Origin: the human T2T-CHM13v2.0 reference genome, Homo sapiens
Reading direction: 5' to 3' (one strand)
NCBI RefSeq assembly: GCF_009914755.1
Contig: NC_060947.1
Length of the DNA stretch: 64,000 nucleotides
Shown here: positions 22,997 to 36,470 of the stretch, piece after piece
Layout: each line of letters starts with the position of its first letter
Numbering within the stretch: the stretch's first letter is position 1
Program-made: the position numbers and the translations under genes
The notes under the pieces: generated by a model
The model's input: the letters and a program-made list of their open reading frames with translations, nothing else
Database searches by the model: none
What the model was told of the DNA's origin: nothing

Positions 22997-24955
22997 TGAT
23001 ATGGTTTGGTTCTGTGTCCCTACCCAAATCTTATCTTGAATTGTACTCCCATAATTCCCACGTGTTTTGGGAGGGACCCAGTGGGAGCTAATTCAAATTA
23101 TGGAGACGGTTTTCCCCACACTGTACTCATGGTAGTGAATAAGTCTCACGAGACCTCATGGTTTTATCAGGGCTTTCCGCTTTTGCATCTTCCTCATTTT
23201 CTCTTGCTGCCACCATGTAAGAAGTGCCTTTTACCTCCCACCATGATTCTGAGGCCTCCCAAGCCATGTGGAACTGTAAGTATAATTAAACATCTTTTTC
23301 TTCCCAGTCTTGGGTATGTCTTTATCAGCAGCGTGGAAACAGACTAATACAGTAAATTGGTATCAGTAGAGTGGGGCATTGCTGAAAAGATACCCCAAAA
23401 TGTGGAAGCAACTATGGAACTGGGTAACAGGCAGAGGTTGGAACAGTTTGGAGTGTTCAGAAGAAGACAGAAAAACGTGGGAGTTTGGAATTTCCTAGGG
23501 ATTTGTTGAATGGCTTTGACAAAAATGCTGATAATGATATGGACAACGAAATTCAGGCTGAGCTGGTCTCAGATGGAGATGAGGAACTTGTTGGGAACTG
23601 GAGCAAGGGTGACTCTTGTTATGTTTTAGCAAAGAGACTGGTGGCATTTTGCCCCTGCCCCAGAGATTTGTGTAACTGTGAACTTAAGAGAGATGATTTA
23701 GGGTATCTTGCAGAAGAAACTTCTCAGTGGCAAAGCATTCAAGATGTGACTTGGGTGCTGTTAAAGGCATTCAGTTTTAAAAGGGAAGCAGAGCATAAAG
23801 GTTTGAAAAATTTGCAACCTGACAGTACAATAGAAAAGAACATCCCATTTTCTGAGGAGAAATTCAAGCTGGCTGCAGATATTTGCATAAGTATGTAAGT
23901 AAGCTGAATGTTAATCCTCAAGACAATGGGGAAAATGTCTCCAGGGCCTGTCAGAGACCTTTGTGGCAGCCTCTCCCATCACAGACCCAGAGGTCTAGGA
24001 GGAAAAAATGGTTTCATGGGCAGGGCCCAGGGTGCCCATGCTGTGTGCAGTCTAGGGACTTGGTGCCCTGTGTCCCAGCTGCTCCAGCCATGGCTGAAAG
24101 GGGCCAATGTAGAGCTCAGGCCATGGCTTCAGAGGGTGCAAGCCCAATCTGTGGCAGCTTCCACATGATGCTGAGCCTCAGGCACACAGAAGTCAAGAAC
24201 TGGGGTTTGGGAACTTCCTAGATTTCAGAAGATGTATGGAAACGCCTGGATGTCCAGGCAGAAGTTTGCTGCAGCGGCGGAGCTCTCATGAAGAACCTTG
24301 GCTAGGGCAGTGTGGAAGGGAAATGTGGGGTTGGGCCCCCACACAGAGTCCCTACTGGGACACTGCCTAATGGAGCTGTGAGAAGAGGGCCACCAATACC
24401 TGTACCCCCATTGTATCTAGGAAGTAATTAGCTTGCTTTTGATTTTACAGGCTCATAGGCAGAAGGGACTTGCCTTGTCTAAAATGAGACTTTGGACTGT
24501 GGACTTTTGGGTTGATGCTGAAATGAGTTAAGACTTTGGGGAACTGCTGAGAATGCATGATTGGTTTTGAAATGAGAAGACATGAGATTTTGAGGGCCCA
24601 GGGGCAGAATGATATGGTTTGGCTCTGTGTCTCCACCCAAATCTCATCTTGAATTGTACTCCCATAATTGTGTGGGAGGGACCCAGTGTGAGATAATTTG
24701 AATCATGGGGATGGTTTCCCCCACACTGTTCTCATGGTAGTGAATAAGTCTCTTGGGATATGATGGTTTCATCAGGGGTTTCTGCTTTTGCATCTTCCTC
24801 ATTTTCTCTTGCTGCTGCCATATAAGAAGTGCCTTTCACCTCCCACCATGATTCTGAAGTCTCCCAGCCATATGGAACTGTAAGTCCAGTTAAACATCAT
24901 TTTCTTCCCAGTCTCGGGTATGTCTTTATCAGCAGCATGGAAACAGGCTGATACA
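22997..24955 (+). mobile_element. THE1A MaLR provirus (LTR-internal-LTR) with internal deletion
   Basis: LTRs at 22997-23351 and 24610-24955; internal region 23352-24609 with a purine tract before the 3' LTR; perfect 5-bp TSD GCATC at 22992-22996 and 24956-24960. Confidence 0.9.
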
Positions 24956-25599
24956 GCATCTGTCTCCATTCTCCTCTCATGGGCTGGACCCACCCAATAA
25001 CTTCAGTAAAAGTGAAAATCTTACTAATGTGAGGTGATATTTGCTCCAGTGATAATGCAAAGAGGGCAGAGGTCAGCCCCTATCTAGTACAACCCTTACC
25101 TCAAAGCAGAAGAGCCAGAGTCAACTACATGGCCACTCTCTGCTGAAGGAGTTTGGAAAAGATTTCCTGGCTTCTCTTTATGTCTTCATGGCACATGGCC
25201 ACCTTCTCTGTTTGCTCCATATCTCAAGCACTCCTTTTTGTGCTAGGAAGAACCCACATGGATTTGAGCACCAGCCTGGAAAACCAGGTTCTAGTCCCCT
25301 CTCAGCTATTAACTCATGGTGTGACCTTGGCAACTCAGTTCCCCTCTATGGGCCTCATATTGTAAGGGCCCTTCCATTTAATAGCTCAAGAAACCTCTAC
25401 TTCCTCGCTACTGCACTTGATTAATCTTTTAAAAAGCCTCTGCTCAGATGGTGCTAAATAAAGAGTTAATGTGCATATCTGAAATGAAAGATTCACTATG
25501 GGGAAGAGATTGATGAACAGGAAAGAGAATAATATCTCAGTTGGAAATATGCAGTTGTATACCTGGAGATATTCAACTGGACAAAGATGGACAGGACTG

Positions 25600-27290
25600 A
25601 GCTACTTGAAGGAAATGTTAGCACTCGAGAGTCCACTGGCCTGCTAAAAATCTCCCCTTGGATGTCATCCCCAATATCTCAAAGCCACCATGGCTCCAAC
25701 CCAACTCAGCGTCTCTCCTCTCCTGACCCAGAACCTCCAACCAATCGGTCCCCACATCCAGTGGCTTTTCTCTCCTCCTTATCTCTCGAGTTTGTCCCCT
25801 CCCTCATATCCACACTGCCACCACTAGGCCATCATCATCTTTCACCACTCACTTGGAAAAACATACTGCCTCCTCATTGGTTTCCCTGAGGTCATTCTTG
25901 ACCCTCCAATCCACACTCCACACCTCTGAAATACCCTTCCATGGCTCCTATCACTCTTCCAATAAAACCAAGTTATGGTCGGCCAGGCCCTGCGTGCTCT
26001 GACTCTCAGGTCCTTCTCCAGCCTCCACTCTGCCACTTCTGGGTGGATGGTCCCACTTCCCTCTCACAGAATGACTCTTGCCCATCTCCAGACTTTGGCA
26101 CATGCTGACTTCTCTGCCCAAAATGGCTTCCCTTCTTTCTACTTCATCATTTGGCAAATTCCTTCTCATCCCCTGAGCCTCAGCTTACACAGCCTTTTCT
26201 TCAGGGAGGCAGTCTGGGTCAGGAGGTTCCACACTCCTGTGCTTCTCTTTGTTACAGACCTGATCATACTGGCTAGTACTAGAATACACTATTCTAGTAT
26301 CTATCCAGTTATGTTCTAGACCCTCTCACCAGAATGGGAGCTCCTTGAGGACAACAAGAATCATGTCTTTTTTGTCCTTGGATAGCATCTTGTGGGTGCT
26401 TAATGCTTGTGTGTTGAATGAAAACTCTGGAAACAGCTTGGTACTTTGAGCACAGTAAGCCAATGTTGTTTGGATGGGATTAATATCCAGGAAAGAGATT
26501 GGGTATCTCAATCCTACCCCCATTTCATTGCTATCTCCAGTAGACAGAGTTAGCAATGAAATGGGGGGTAGTATTGGGAAAGAGTTTAAGGTAGTGGAGC
26601 ACAATTTTGGCTGGAATCTGAAGTTTCTGCTAGGAAGGACTACATGAGTTGAGAGAAGGAGAAGCCTGTTTGGCCTGCAGGGGAGGGTGGAGGTGGGGGT
26701 GTATGTCATTATATGGAAACCCTAAGGAAAGACACCTTTAGGAAAGTGGGGTGTATGTCATTATATGGAAACCCTAAGGAAAGACAGCGTTAGTGCTTCC
26801 AGTGCACCAGGCAGTCCTCTGCAACCACACTTAAAATCTGTTCATCCCTCCTGTGCTACATGGGGCTAGCAGCATGATTGTACCCACCGTGGTGTTTGCA
26901 GTTGGTTGGCTGGCAGAGGGTGAAGTTGGCTGTGAGACCTCATTCACTCCCCAAAATATTTGTTGAACACTCATGATGTGCCAGGTACTGTTCTAGACAC
27001 CGAGGAGCATAGCAGTGAATATAAGAGACTAAAATGTACAAAAATCCCTTCTCTCATGCAGCTTATATTCCAGTGGAGGAAGACAGACAATTGAGAATGT
27101 AAATAAAATATCTAGAATGTTAGGTGGTTATAAATCTATGGACAATCATTAAGTATGGAAGGGAGCTAAGAACTTCCTAAGGGAGCATGTGTTTCGATGA
27201 TCAGTAGGGAGATCAAGGAAGGCATCCCTGAAAAGGTGACATTTAAGCACAGGCCTACAGGGAATGAGGAGCAACTCCTGCAGTAGGTGT
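25600..27290. mobile_element. Cluster of L2 remnants
   Basis: L2-like pyrimidine-rich segment ending ...TGTTGAATGAA (~26420), and an opposite-orientation L2 3' end from ~26940. Confidence 0.5.
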
Positions 27291-28229
27291 TGTAAAGATT
27301 AACAGAGTCAGGAAGTGTGAGGTCCCCTGCCAGGCCTGAAGCTGAAGGCTACCATGAATGAGGAGTCAGTAACCTAAACAGACACCCGGGAGACTGAGCT
27401 GGTCCTGGAATTTCATCACAGCTGCAGTCCCATCTCTTCCCATTCCCACTCCAGCCCCCACCTTCGCCACACAGACACAATAAGATAGCGCATCAACCCA
27501 TCAGTCCAGAACTGCTTCTGAGTGGCTGATGTGTCATGCCTCATCCTACTTCACTTTAGCTGAGACTGATATTCATTCCTGTGTATGACTGACAAGCCTG
27601 ATTAACCATGGCAGATTGGTATTTGCTATCTCAGATTCCTGCATTTATCAGGATGGCAGGAATGAGTGTGAATGAAATACCACCACAATGGATCCAAAGT
27701 GCTTCAGGTACTGGGTGTGCTTGTTGGCACTGGGATTTTATGTGCAGCCTCACTGACTCTGGGAAGTTCCTGTTCCCTGTCTGACCCTCAGTTTCCCCAT
27801 TTGTAATATAAAGCCCCTGCCCTACCTCCCTTATAGGGCACATGAGGATAAAAATTATGTGAAAATGTTAGAGTGGGATACAAAGGCCCTTGGGGGATGC
27901 CACCCTAGTGTGGTCTTTTCTGAGAGGTGGAGATGGCATAGCTCCTCTAGACATCTGCCTGTGCCTGGCCTTCTGATAAACCTCTGGGTGGTGTCACTGA
28001 ACTCATCAGTTTGATCTCCATCTGTCAGAGAGAGCTGCTACGGACCCAGGGCAAGGATACTGTCTCATCAGGGGCGTGGTAGGCTGCAGATATGGAACTG
28101 GGGTGCAGGCCCTTTTCCTCACTTGCTTACCATCCTCTGTGAAGAAATCCAAATCTACTCTCTTGGAGTAGACTCAGGAAATTTAGGAAGCATTCATCAC
28201 ACCAGGCACTGAACTAAGCATGTGTGTAA

Positions 28230-28232
<3 letters not shown>

Positions 28233-28267
<35 letters not shown>
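28233..28267. repeat. (TG)n microsatellite
   Basis: Read directly from the sequence. Confidence 0.95.
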
Positions 28268-28269
<2 letters not shown>

Positions 28270-28302
28270 CGGGGTTGGGTGGGAGAAATACAAAGATAAA
28301 CA

Positions 28303-28654
<352 letters not shown>

Positions 28655-28736
28655 CTATGAAACTAGTTCTAATTCAAGGCACAAACTGAATGCAGTAGGA
28701 GGAGAAGGAGAGCTTGATTTCAATGGATAAAATCTA

Positions 28737-29040
28737 GGCCGGGCATGGTGGCTCATGCCTGTAATCCCTGCATTTTGGGAGGTTGAGGCAGGAGGACCGC
28801 TTGAGCCCAAGGGTTCAAGAACAGCTGAACAAAACAGCAAGATTTTGTCTCTGAAAAAAAATTTAAAAATTAACCAGATGTGGTGGTGCAAACCTGTAGT
28901 CCGAACTACCCCGGAGGCTGAGGCAAGAGGATCCCTGGAACCCAGAAGTTCAAGGTTACAGTGAGCTATGAACACACCACTGAACTCCATCCTGGGTGAC
29001 AGAGTGAGACCCTGTCTCAAAAACAAATAAACGAAAAACC
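28737..29040 (+). mobile_element. AluJ-like SINE
   Basis: Diverged Alu dimer with A-rich tail. Confidence 0.88.
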
Positions 29041-30221
29041 TAACAAGGCCTCAAATAGTAGTTGAACCTTGAAAGATGGGTAATTTTTTGACTTTCAGAG
29101 ACGATAGCATGAGCAATAACACAGGACACTTCAGGGAACTAGCCAGTAGTAGAGTGTGACTGGAGTGAGAGGAAGTGGGGAATAGGAGATGAGGCTGAGA
29201 AACGAGGGCTAAGACATGACTGGGTAGGGCTTTGAATGCCAAGCTAAGGAGACAGGGAGTCTTTGATGGAGAAGGGGAATTATACCAAGAAGTGTTTTAG
29301 GATAATCCATCTAGGTGTGGAGAAAGGGGTGGCTGGAGGAAAGGTCACCTATGAGACTTTTGCTGTGATCTAGGGAAGGGATGCTGATACCTCAGATCAG
29401 GGCAGTCAGTGAGAATGGAGAGGAGGGGGTGGGTGGAAAAGATACCACCAAAGTGACTCCCACCTCACCTGGAAAATGATTGATTATAGGAGTGAAGGAA
29501 AGGGGCTTCCAAATTTGCTGCTAATGAGCACCATCTTCCCCCTTCTTATACTTGTGCAGTTGGATTGGGAGTGAGGGTAGGGCTAGATCAGGTTCCATTT
29601 AGTGCTGTAGCATTTCAACTTATCCATTTCAGCCTCTGAACTCTGAAGCTTGATTCACTGTCATTCTAGTTTTTGGGGTTTTGTGTAATTTGCAAATTCC
29701 CGAGAGCCAGGCTGCTTTGCTACTTACTACCTGTGTGATCTTGGGCAAGCCACCTAACTTCTATAAAGCCATAGGTTCCTTATCAGTATTATGGGGGTAA
29801 TGATAGTATCTACTCCATAGGGTATATGTGAAAATTAAAGGAAAGACCTGCTGCCTGCCACATTGTAAACACTTGATAAATGCTATTATCGTTATCGTTC
29901 AATTCATTTTTCCTTAGTACCTATGTTGTGCCTGACAATGTGCCAGATGCCCTGCAGGATGCAGAGGATTAGGCCTGGTTTCTGGGAAATAAATGTACGC
30001 TAACTGGCCAGAATCCAACAGGCTCATGGATATAGTAGAGAGAGGCTCAGAGTGGTGTGGTGAGAAGCGAGAGGAGAGGAAGTCATTGAGCCTGATGAGA
30101 TGCAGTAAGGTTGGGGGAGGGAGATAAAAATCTCCTTTTTGGGTAGAACGTGCCAGGCATCCCCTGAGCAGTGGGGCAGTCATGGCCACAGCCTACTAAG
30201 CCAGGTGTATGAAGCTCCTAT

Positions 30222-30327
30222 GAGACAGGAGGATGGCTTAAGCCCAGGAACTTGAGGCTGCAGTGAGCCATGTTTGTGCCACTGCACTCCAGCCTGGATG
30301 ACAGAGCAAGACCCTGTCTCAAAAAAA
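30222..30327 (+). mobile_element. Alu right-arm fragment
   Basis: GAGGCTGCAGTGAGCCATG...GACCCTGTCTCAAAA. Confidence 0.75.
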
Positions 30328-30329
30328 GG

Positions 30330-32310
30330 TAGGAGATTGGAGTTTAAAATTATTATTGTAGAACTGTCTATTCCTCCTGTCAATTCTGTCAATTTTTGCT
30401 TCTTGTATTTATGGACTTTTTGTCGGGTGCATATATGTTCATTTTGCTATATCCTCATGAATATCTGAATAGACCTATAACAAGTAAAGAGATTGAATCA
30501 GTAATTAAATATCTCCCAACAAACAAAAGCTTGGGACCAAATGGCTTCACTAAAATAATTAACACCAATTCTTCTCAAAACCTTCCAAAAAATGGAGGAT
30601 AAAGGAACACTTTCTAACTAATTTAATTATGTCAGTATTACTCTGATACTAAAGTCAGACAAAAATATCACGTTAAAAAAACAGATAAATAACACTTGTG
30701 AATATAGATGAAAAATATTCAACACATTAACAGTAAGCTAAATTCAACAGCATATTAAAAGCTTTATACATGTTACCAAGGGTGATTTATCCCAGGAATG
30801 CAAGTATCTTTCAATGTACAAAAACCAACCAATGTAATATACCGTATTAACAGAATGAAGGGGAAAAATCCACATTCTAATCTCAACTTATGTTGAAAAA
30901 TAATTTGACAAAATTCAACACCCTTTCAAAACTTACTAGAAAGCTACAGTATTTACAACAGTCTGGTCCTGGCCTAAGGATAGATACATTGATGATTGGA
31001 ATCAAATTTAAAGTCCAGAAATAAACCCAAATGTCTATGGTCAACTAATTTTTGACAAAGGTGTCAACACTACTCAACAGGGAAGAAAGATCTTTTCAAC
31101 AAATGATGCTGGGGCAGCTAGATATCTACATGCAAAAGAATGAAGTTGGACCCTTACCTCAAACCGAATACAAAAATTAACTAAAAATGGATCAAATACC
31201 TAAATATAAGAGTGAAGATTATTTTTTAAAACTCTCAGAAGAAAACACAGAAGTAAATTTTTATGACTGGATTTGGCAATGTTTTTTTAGATGTGACACT
31301 AAAAGCACAAGCAGTAAAATAAAAAATAGATTAATAGAATTTCATCAAAATTAAAAACTGTTGTGCATCAAGGAATACTATCAAGAGAGTAAAAAGACAT
31401 TCCACACAGTGGGAGAAAATACTTGTGAATCATGTGCCTGTAAGGGTCTATCTGGACTATATGAAGAACTCTTACAACTCAAGAGAAAGACAAACAACCC
31501 AATTTAAAAATGGACAAAGCACTTGAATAGACATTTCTCCAAATAAGACATACAAATGGTCAACATGTACATTAAAAATTTGTCAGTGTCACTAATCATT
31601 ATGGGAATGCAAATCAAAGCTAAAGAGCTTATTTCACTTCCACTAGATTGGGCATAATTTAAAAAATAGAAAATGATAGGTGAAGAAATTGAGACCTGTG
31701 TACATTGCTGGTGTAAATGTAAAATGGTACACACACTGTGAAAAACAATTTGGTGACTACTCAATATATTAAACAGAAAATTACCATATGACCAAGCAAT
31801 CCTACTCCTACATATATACTCTAAAGAATTAAAAAGAAATGTTCAAATAAAAATTTGTAAACGAATGTTTATAGCAGCACTATTCACAGTAGCCAAAAGG
31901 TGGAAACAGCTCAAATGTCTGTCAATGGATAAACAAAATGTGGCATATCCATAAAATATAATATTTTTTAGTCACAAAATGAAATGAAGTACTGATACTT
32001 GCTACAACATGGATGAACTTTGAAACAAGGCAGGCGCAAAAGACCACATATCATATCATTTCATTTATATGAGGTACCCAGGATAGATAAATCCATAGAC
32101 AGAAAGTAGAGGGGCTGCCAGGGGTTGGAGGGAGAGGGGAATGTTACAAGTTTTCCATTAGGAAGATTAAAATGTTCTGGAGCTAGATAGTGGTGATGGT
32201 TGAACAAAACTATGAATGGACTAGTTGCCAATGAATTGTACATGTTAACAATGGTTAAAATGGTAAATTTATGTTATGTGTATTTTGTCCTAATTTAAAA
32301 AAAAAAGAAA
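30330..32310 (+). mobile_element. Old L1M (L1MB-like) 3' fragment with a short antisense 5' piece
   Basis: Degenerate ORF2 (LNRPITSKEIESVIK...) and 3'UTR ending in an A tract; 30330-30456 is antisense L1. Confidence 0.75.
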
Positions 32311-34008
32311 AGAAAGGAAAGCTCCAGGAAAACAAAAAGCTGTCTAAAAAAGGCTAAGAAAGGGAAATGGTTGCATCATAAACTACTTGGATATGAAGGA
32401 AACACAATGTACATAGCCACCATAATGCCATTATTGCTTGTTTTCAACTTTTAAAATCAACCTGCAGAGAAGCCACGGAAGACTTAATTAGGCTTATGGA
32501 AATGTCATCAATCTTGACAATGTGAAATTAAAAGTATACGTGATGAAAGATGGGATGTAGAAAGGAAGAGAGGAGCTGAAGAGGAAAGCAGGGCCACTAA
32601 TATTCTTATCTTACAGAACGGGGAATCAAGAGATATTGTCTACAGTTGATAAAGCAAGAAATATAGATGCAAGCAATTGTCTAAAGCTACACAGAAAAGC
32701 AAGGAAGGAACTAAAGATAAGGTGTATATGGAGAAGACAGGAGTAGGAGAGGTTGTGTCTTAAACTGATAGATTAAGAAATAGCAGCTTATGTATAGTAT
32801 TAGAGATAAATGAAGGAACTAATTACCAGGAGAAACAGCTAAAAGACGAGCGGGTCTGGCATGGGAAAAGATGGGGCAAAGGACTGTTGATTGTTATAAT
32901 AAAAACTTCTACTCTTTGATTTTTAATCATATACAAGTATTCGTTTGATTTCAAAAATACACATTAAATCCTGTAGCTCTAACCATATCCACTCCTAGCC
33001 TTAAATCCTTCTAAAGCTCTCCAGTGATACAGGTTAACTTTTGAACTTTTTTATGTAATTCAAAGCCCTTTGAAATCTGGCCCCAGATTCAAAGAGTAAA
33101 TACATGAAGAAAATGACAACTTTAGACTATGATAAGTGTTATGACGAAAATAAAACAAGAAATGACCTAAATAATGATTAGAGTTGGGGGAGTGGCAATG
33201 TTAGCCTGGATGATTGGAGAAGGTTCCTGAGGAGGTGGCAATTGAACTGAGACCTGAATGAGGAGATATGAATAGCTTTCTATATCTCCCACAATGCCTT
33301 GCATACGTTATGTGGTACACACTATATATTTGCTGGTTGGCTGAGCATGGAGTCTCAGGGACAGAAGGTTCCTTAAAGGTTTTCTAATCCAGGTCCAAGC
33401 CTACATAGGTTTAATTTCCCAACAGTAGGACACTGCCCTCAAGTGGTACAATCGGCCTCAAGGTCGCCAAAGTTTCCCACTGGAGGAGGTCCTCAAGACT
33501 CCCTTATGGATAGCTGCAGAACTAGCATTTTCTAGGCACCTGCTGTGTGCCTGAAACTTTTATACCCAGTATCTTACTTAACCCTTATCTGGTGGTACTA
33601 TTATCATTCCCATCTGAAAGATAAGGCAAACTCAGAGAGTTTATGTAACTTACCTAAGGCCAAGCTGCCAGCAAGAGTGTAGTGAATTGTCTGACTACAA
33701 AGCTGGTGCCTCTTCCTACCATTCTTTGCTCCCTTAATTCTGAAGTTTAAACTACCCTGTTCAGGCTTTAGAAGTTCTTTGAGATTCCCAACCTCAGAAC
33801 TGCCTTGGTTTCCTTGGGCCTTTCTCACTGGAGATATCAGCTCAGCCTATTCCACCTAGTGACCCTATAGAGATGTGAGGTTCCACTGTCTTTATTTTTC
33901 ATGATTATAACATGAGGACTGAGATATTGTGTGACCCAAAATGCCCCTGGTTGGACATTCCCATACCTCACTCAGGCTTCCTTCGCCAAATTTGGACTCG
34001 CTCTTATT

Positions 34009-34010
<2 letters not shown>

Positions 34011-34044
<34 letters not shown>
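34011..34044. repeat. (GT)n microsatellite
   Basis: Read directly from the sequence. Confidence 0.95.
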
Positions 34045-34046
<2 letters not shown>

Positions 34047-34554
34047 ACGCGCCTGGTCTCCAGGCAAAAAGGTCATTTCAATCCCCTGCATTGTGACCTT
34101 TTCTCTTCCCCATCTATCACCGAATCTGCTGGGCCTGTTCCACCTCCCGTTTTATCTCTCCTGTGGGCCAACGCAAGGGATTTACTCTTTCATATCCCAG
34201 AGAAGATCCTGCAGATCTCCTATACTTCCTCCCTCTCTCTGCCTCCTTCACAGTCACAGGGCCTGAGCCTGCTGCCAAGAGGTAGAAACAAGAGAGCAGG
34301 GGCTTGGGCCTCTCTGGGATTCTTTGGGGCAGCCTGTTGTGAGAGGCGCATGCCCTCGTGTGTTCACATCATGTAAATTCAGGCTAAAATTAGAGGCCTT
34401 TGGCCTTGATGTTGGACCCTTCTCCATGACCTGGCCAAGGAACCTAGCTTTTGCCTCTGCCTGTGCCATCGTCTCTCTGGCATTTGAATCAACCTAGGTC
34501 TTGGGAACTTTATCTCAGTCTCACTCCAAAAGTAACTCCTTTTGGTCTGGCCAT

Positions 34555-34594
34555 TCTCTCTCTCTCTCTCTCTTTTATTCTCTCTCTCTCTTTT

Positions 34595-34640
<46 letters not shown>
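34555..34640. repeat. Interrupted (CT)n microsatellite
   Basis: Read directly from the sequence. Confidence 0.95.
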
Positions 34641-35493
34641 CTGTAACTATGGAACAATGATAATAGCCACTCTTTGTCATACATGTCAGGAGATTTATAT
34701 GCATTAGCTCATTCAATCTGCACAACACCCTGGTAGGTAAGTGTTACTTTCTTGGCCTATAGTAGGCACTTAATGAATGAATGAATGATATCTCCCCAAT
34801 TCATCACAGATCAAACAGAAGCTCAGGGAGAATCACACAGGTAATAAGAGACAGATATAAAATAGAAACACAAGTCAGTTTGACCTCAGAGCCAGGGCTC
34901 CCAACAGCTATATTAGGATGCTTCTAACACTACTGAGGCTCCTTAAATCCCAATCCCCAGGTTTATCTGAGGGGAAAACTGAGGGTTGTGGTTAGCTATG
35001 CTGGGTTTCAAGTTAGACAGCTAGTAAGGAGGCACCATACCTTCCTAGCTGTGTGAATGTGGGCAAATTACTTAACTTCTCTGTACCACAACTTTTTTGT
35101 TGGCAAATGATAGTATTTATAGTAAACAACTCAGAGGGTTGGGCCACTTTAATGAGATAATGTACATAAAGGATTTAGTATGGGGCTTGACACATAGCAA
35201 TTGCTCTGCCCCTTGCTCTTCACCCCATATCCTCAACCCCTTTCTCCATTCTAGTGAGGCGAATGGTAGCCACCAAAAAGATATGGCCATGTTCTAAATC
35301 TTGGACATGTGAATCCTGGAACTTGTGAGTGTTTGCTTATTTGGAAAAAGCATTTTTGCAGATGTGATTAAGTTAACAATCTTGAGATGAAGAGATCATC
35401 ATGGGTTATCTGTGTACATCCTAAATCCAATGACAAGTGTCATTGTTAGAGAGAGGCAAAGGGAGATTTGTGTATCACAGTATCTAAGTATTA

Positions 35494-35801
35494 TTTTGGA
35501 TTTGGGTTTTTTTTTTTGAGACAGAGTCTCCCTCTGTTGCCCAGGCTGGGGTACAGTGCTGCAATCACAGCTCACTGCAGCCTCAACCTCCCATGTTCAT
35601 GTGATCCTCCCACCTCAGCCTGCCAAATAGCTGGGACTACAGGTGCATGCCACCATGCCTGGCTAATTTTTAAAAAATTTTTTGTAGAGACAGTGGTCTC
35701 TATGTTGCCCATGCTGGTCTCGACCTCCTGAGCTCAAACAGTATTCCTACCTCAGCCTCCCAAAGTGCTGGGATTATAGGTGCAAGCCACTGCCCCCTGC
35801 C
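35494..35801 (-). mobile_element. AluJ-like SINE
   Basis: Antisense dimer; TSD TATCTA(A/C)GTATTA at 35481-35493 and 35803-35815. Confidence 0.88.
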
Positions 35802-35815
35802 ATATCTACGTATTA

Positions 35816-36470
35816 CTTACTTCACATCATAATATTTAATTTTCTGGATATTAGAAGAAGAGTAGATATCATGCAAGGACTTTACCTCCTCTTCTGGGGA
35901 AGGGGTTAGTGCATTTTTGGTTGTATGCAGGATAGTTGTATCATGTCAGGTGGAATTGTTATTTTATTTATTTGGAGATTAAGTACAATTTAAGGAGATG
36001 TATATGGGTGCCAAGTTGACAAGGGGTGGACTTGTGATTGTTAATTTTATGTGTCCACTTGACTAGGCCATGGGTTGTCCAGATACTTGGTCAAACATTA
36101 TCTTGGGTATGTCTGTAAGGGTGCTTTGGATGAGATGAACACTTAAATAGGTAGACTCAGTGAAGCAGATTGCCCTCCATAATGTGGATGAGACTCATTC
36201 AATGACCGAAAGCCTAAATAGAAAAAAAGGCTGACCCTCCTCTTAGTAACAGATAATTATCTTGCCTGATGGTCTTCAAACTGGGACATTGGCTCTTCCT
36301 GGTTCTGCAGCAGCCTGCGGGCTTTAAGACTCAAATTGGGACATTGGTGCTGCAGATTTTGGACTCACCATGCACCCTAATCACATGAGCTGATTCCTTA
36401 TAATAAATCAGTCTCTCTTGCACGCATGATCTCTCTCCAATTGTTTCTCTGGTGAACCCTGACTGATACA
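35816..36470 (+). mobile_element. ERVL internal 3' end + MLT2 3' LTR
   Basis: Polypurine tract AAGGGGTGGAC immediately before the LTR start TGTGATTGTTAATTTTATGTGTC (36033); ends GACTGATACA (36470). Confidence 0.7.

Noticed and set aside
23485-24221. ORFs in the THE1 internal region
   Set aside because: Fragmented remnants of the MaLR internal ORF with frameshifts and a deletion.
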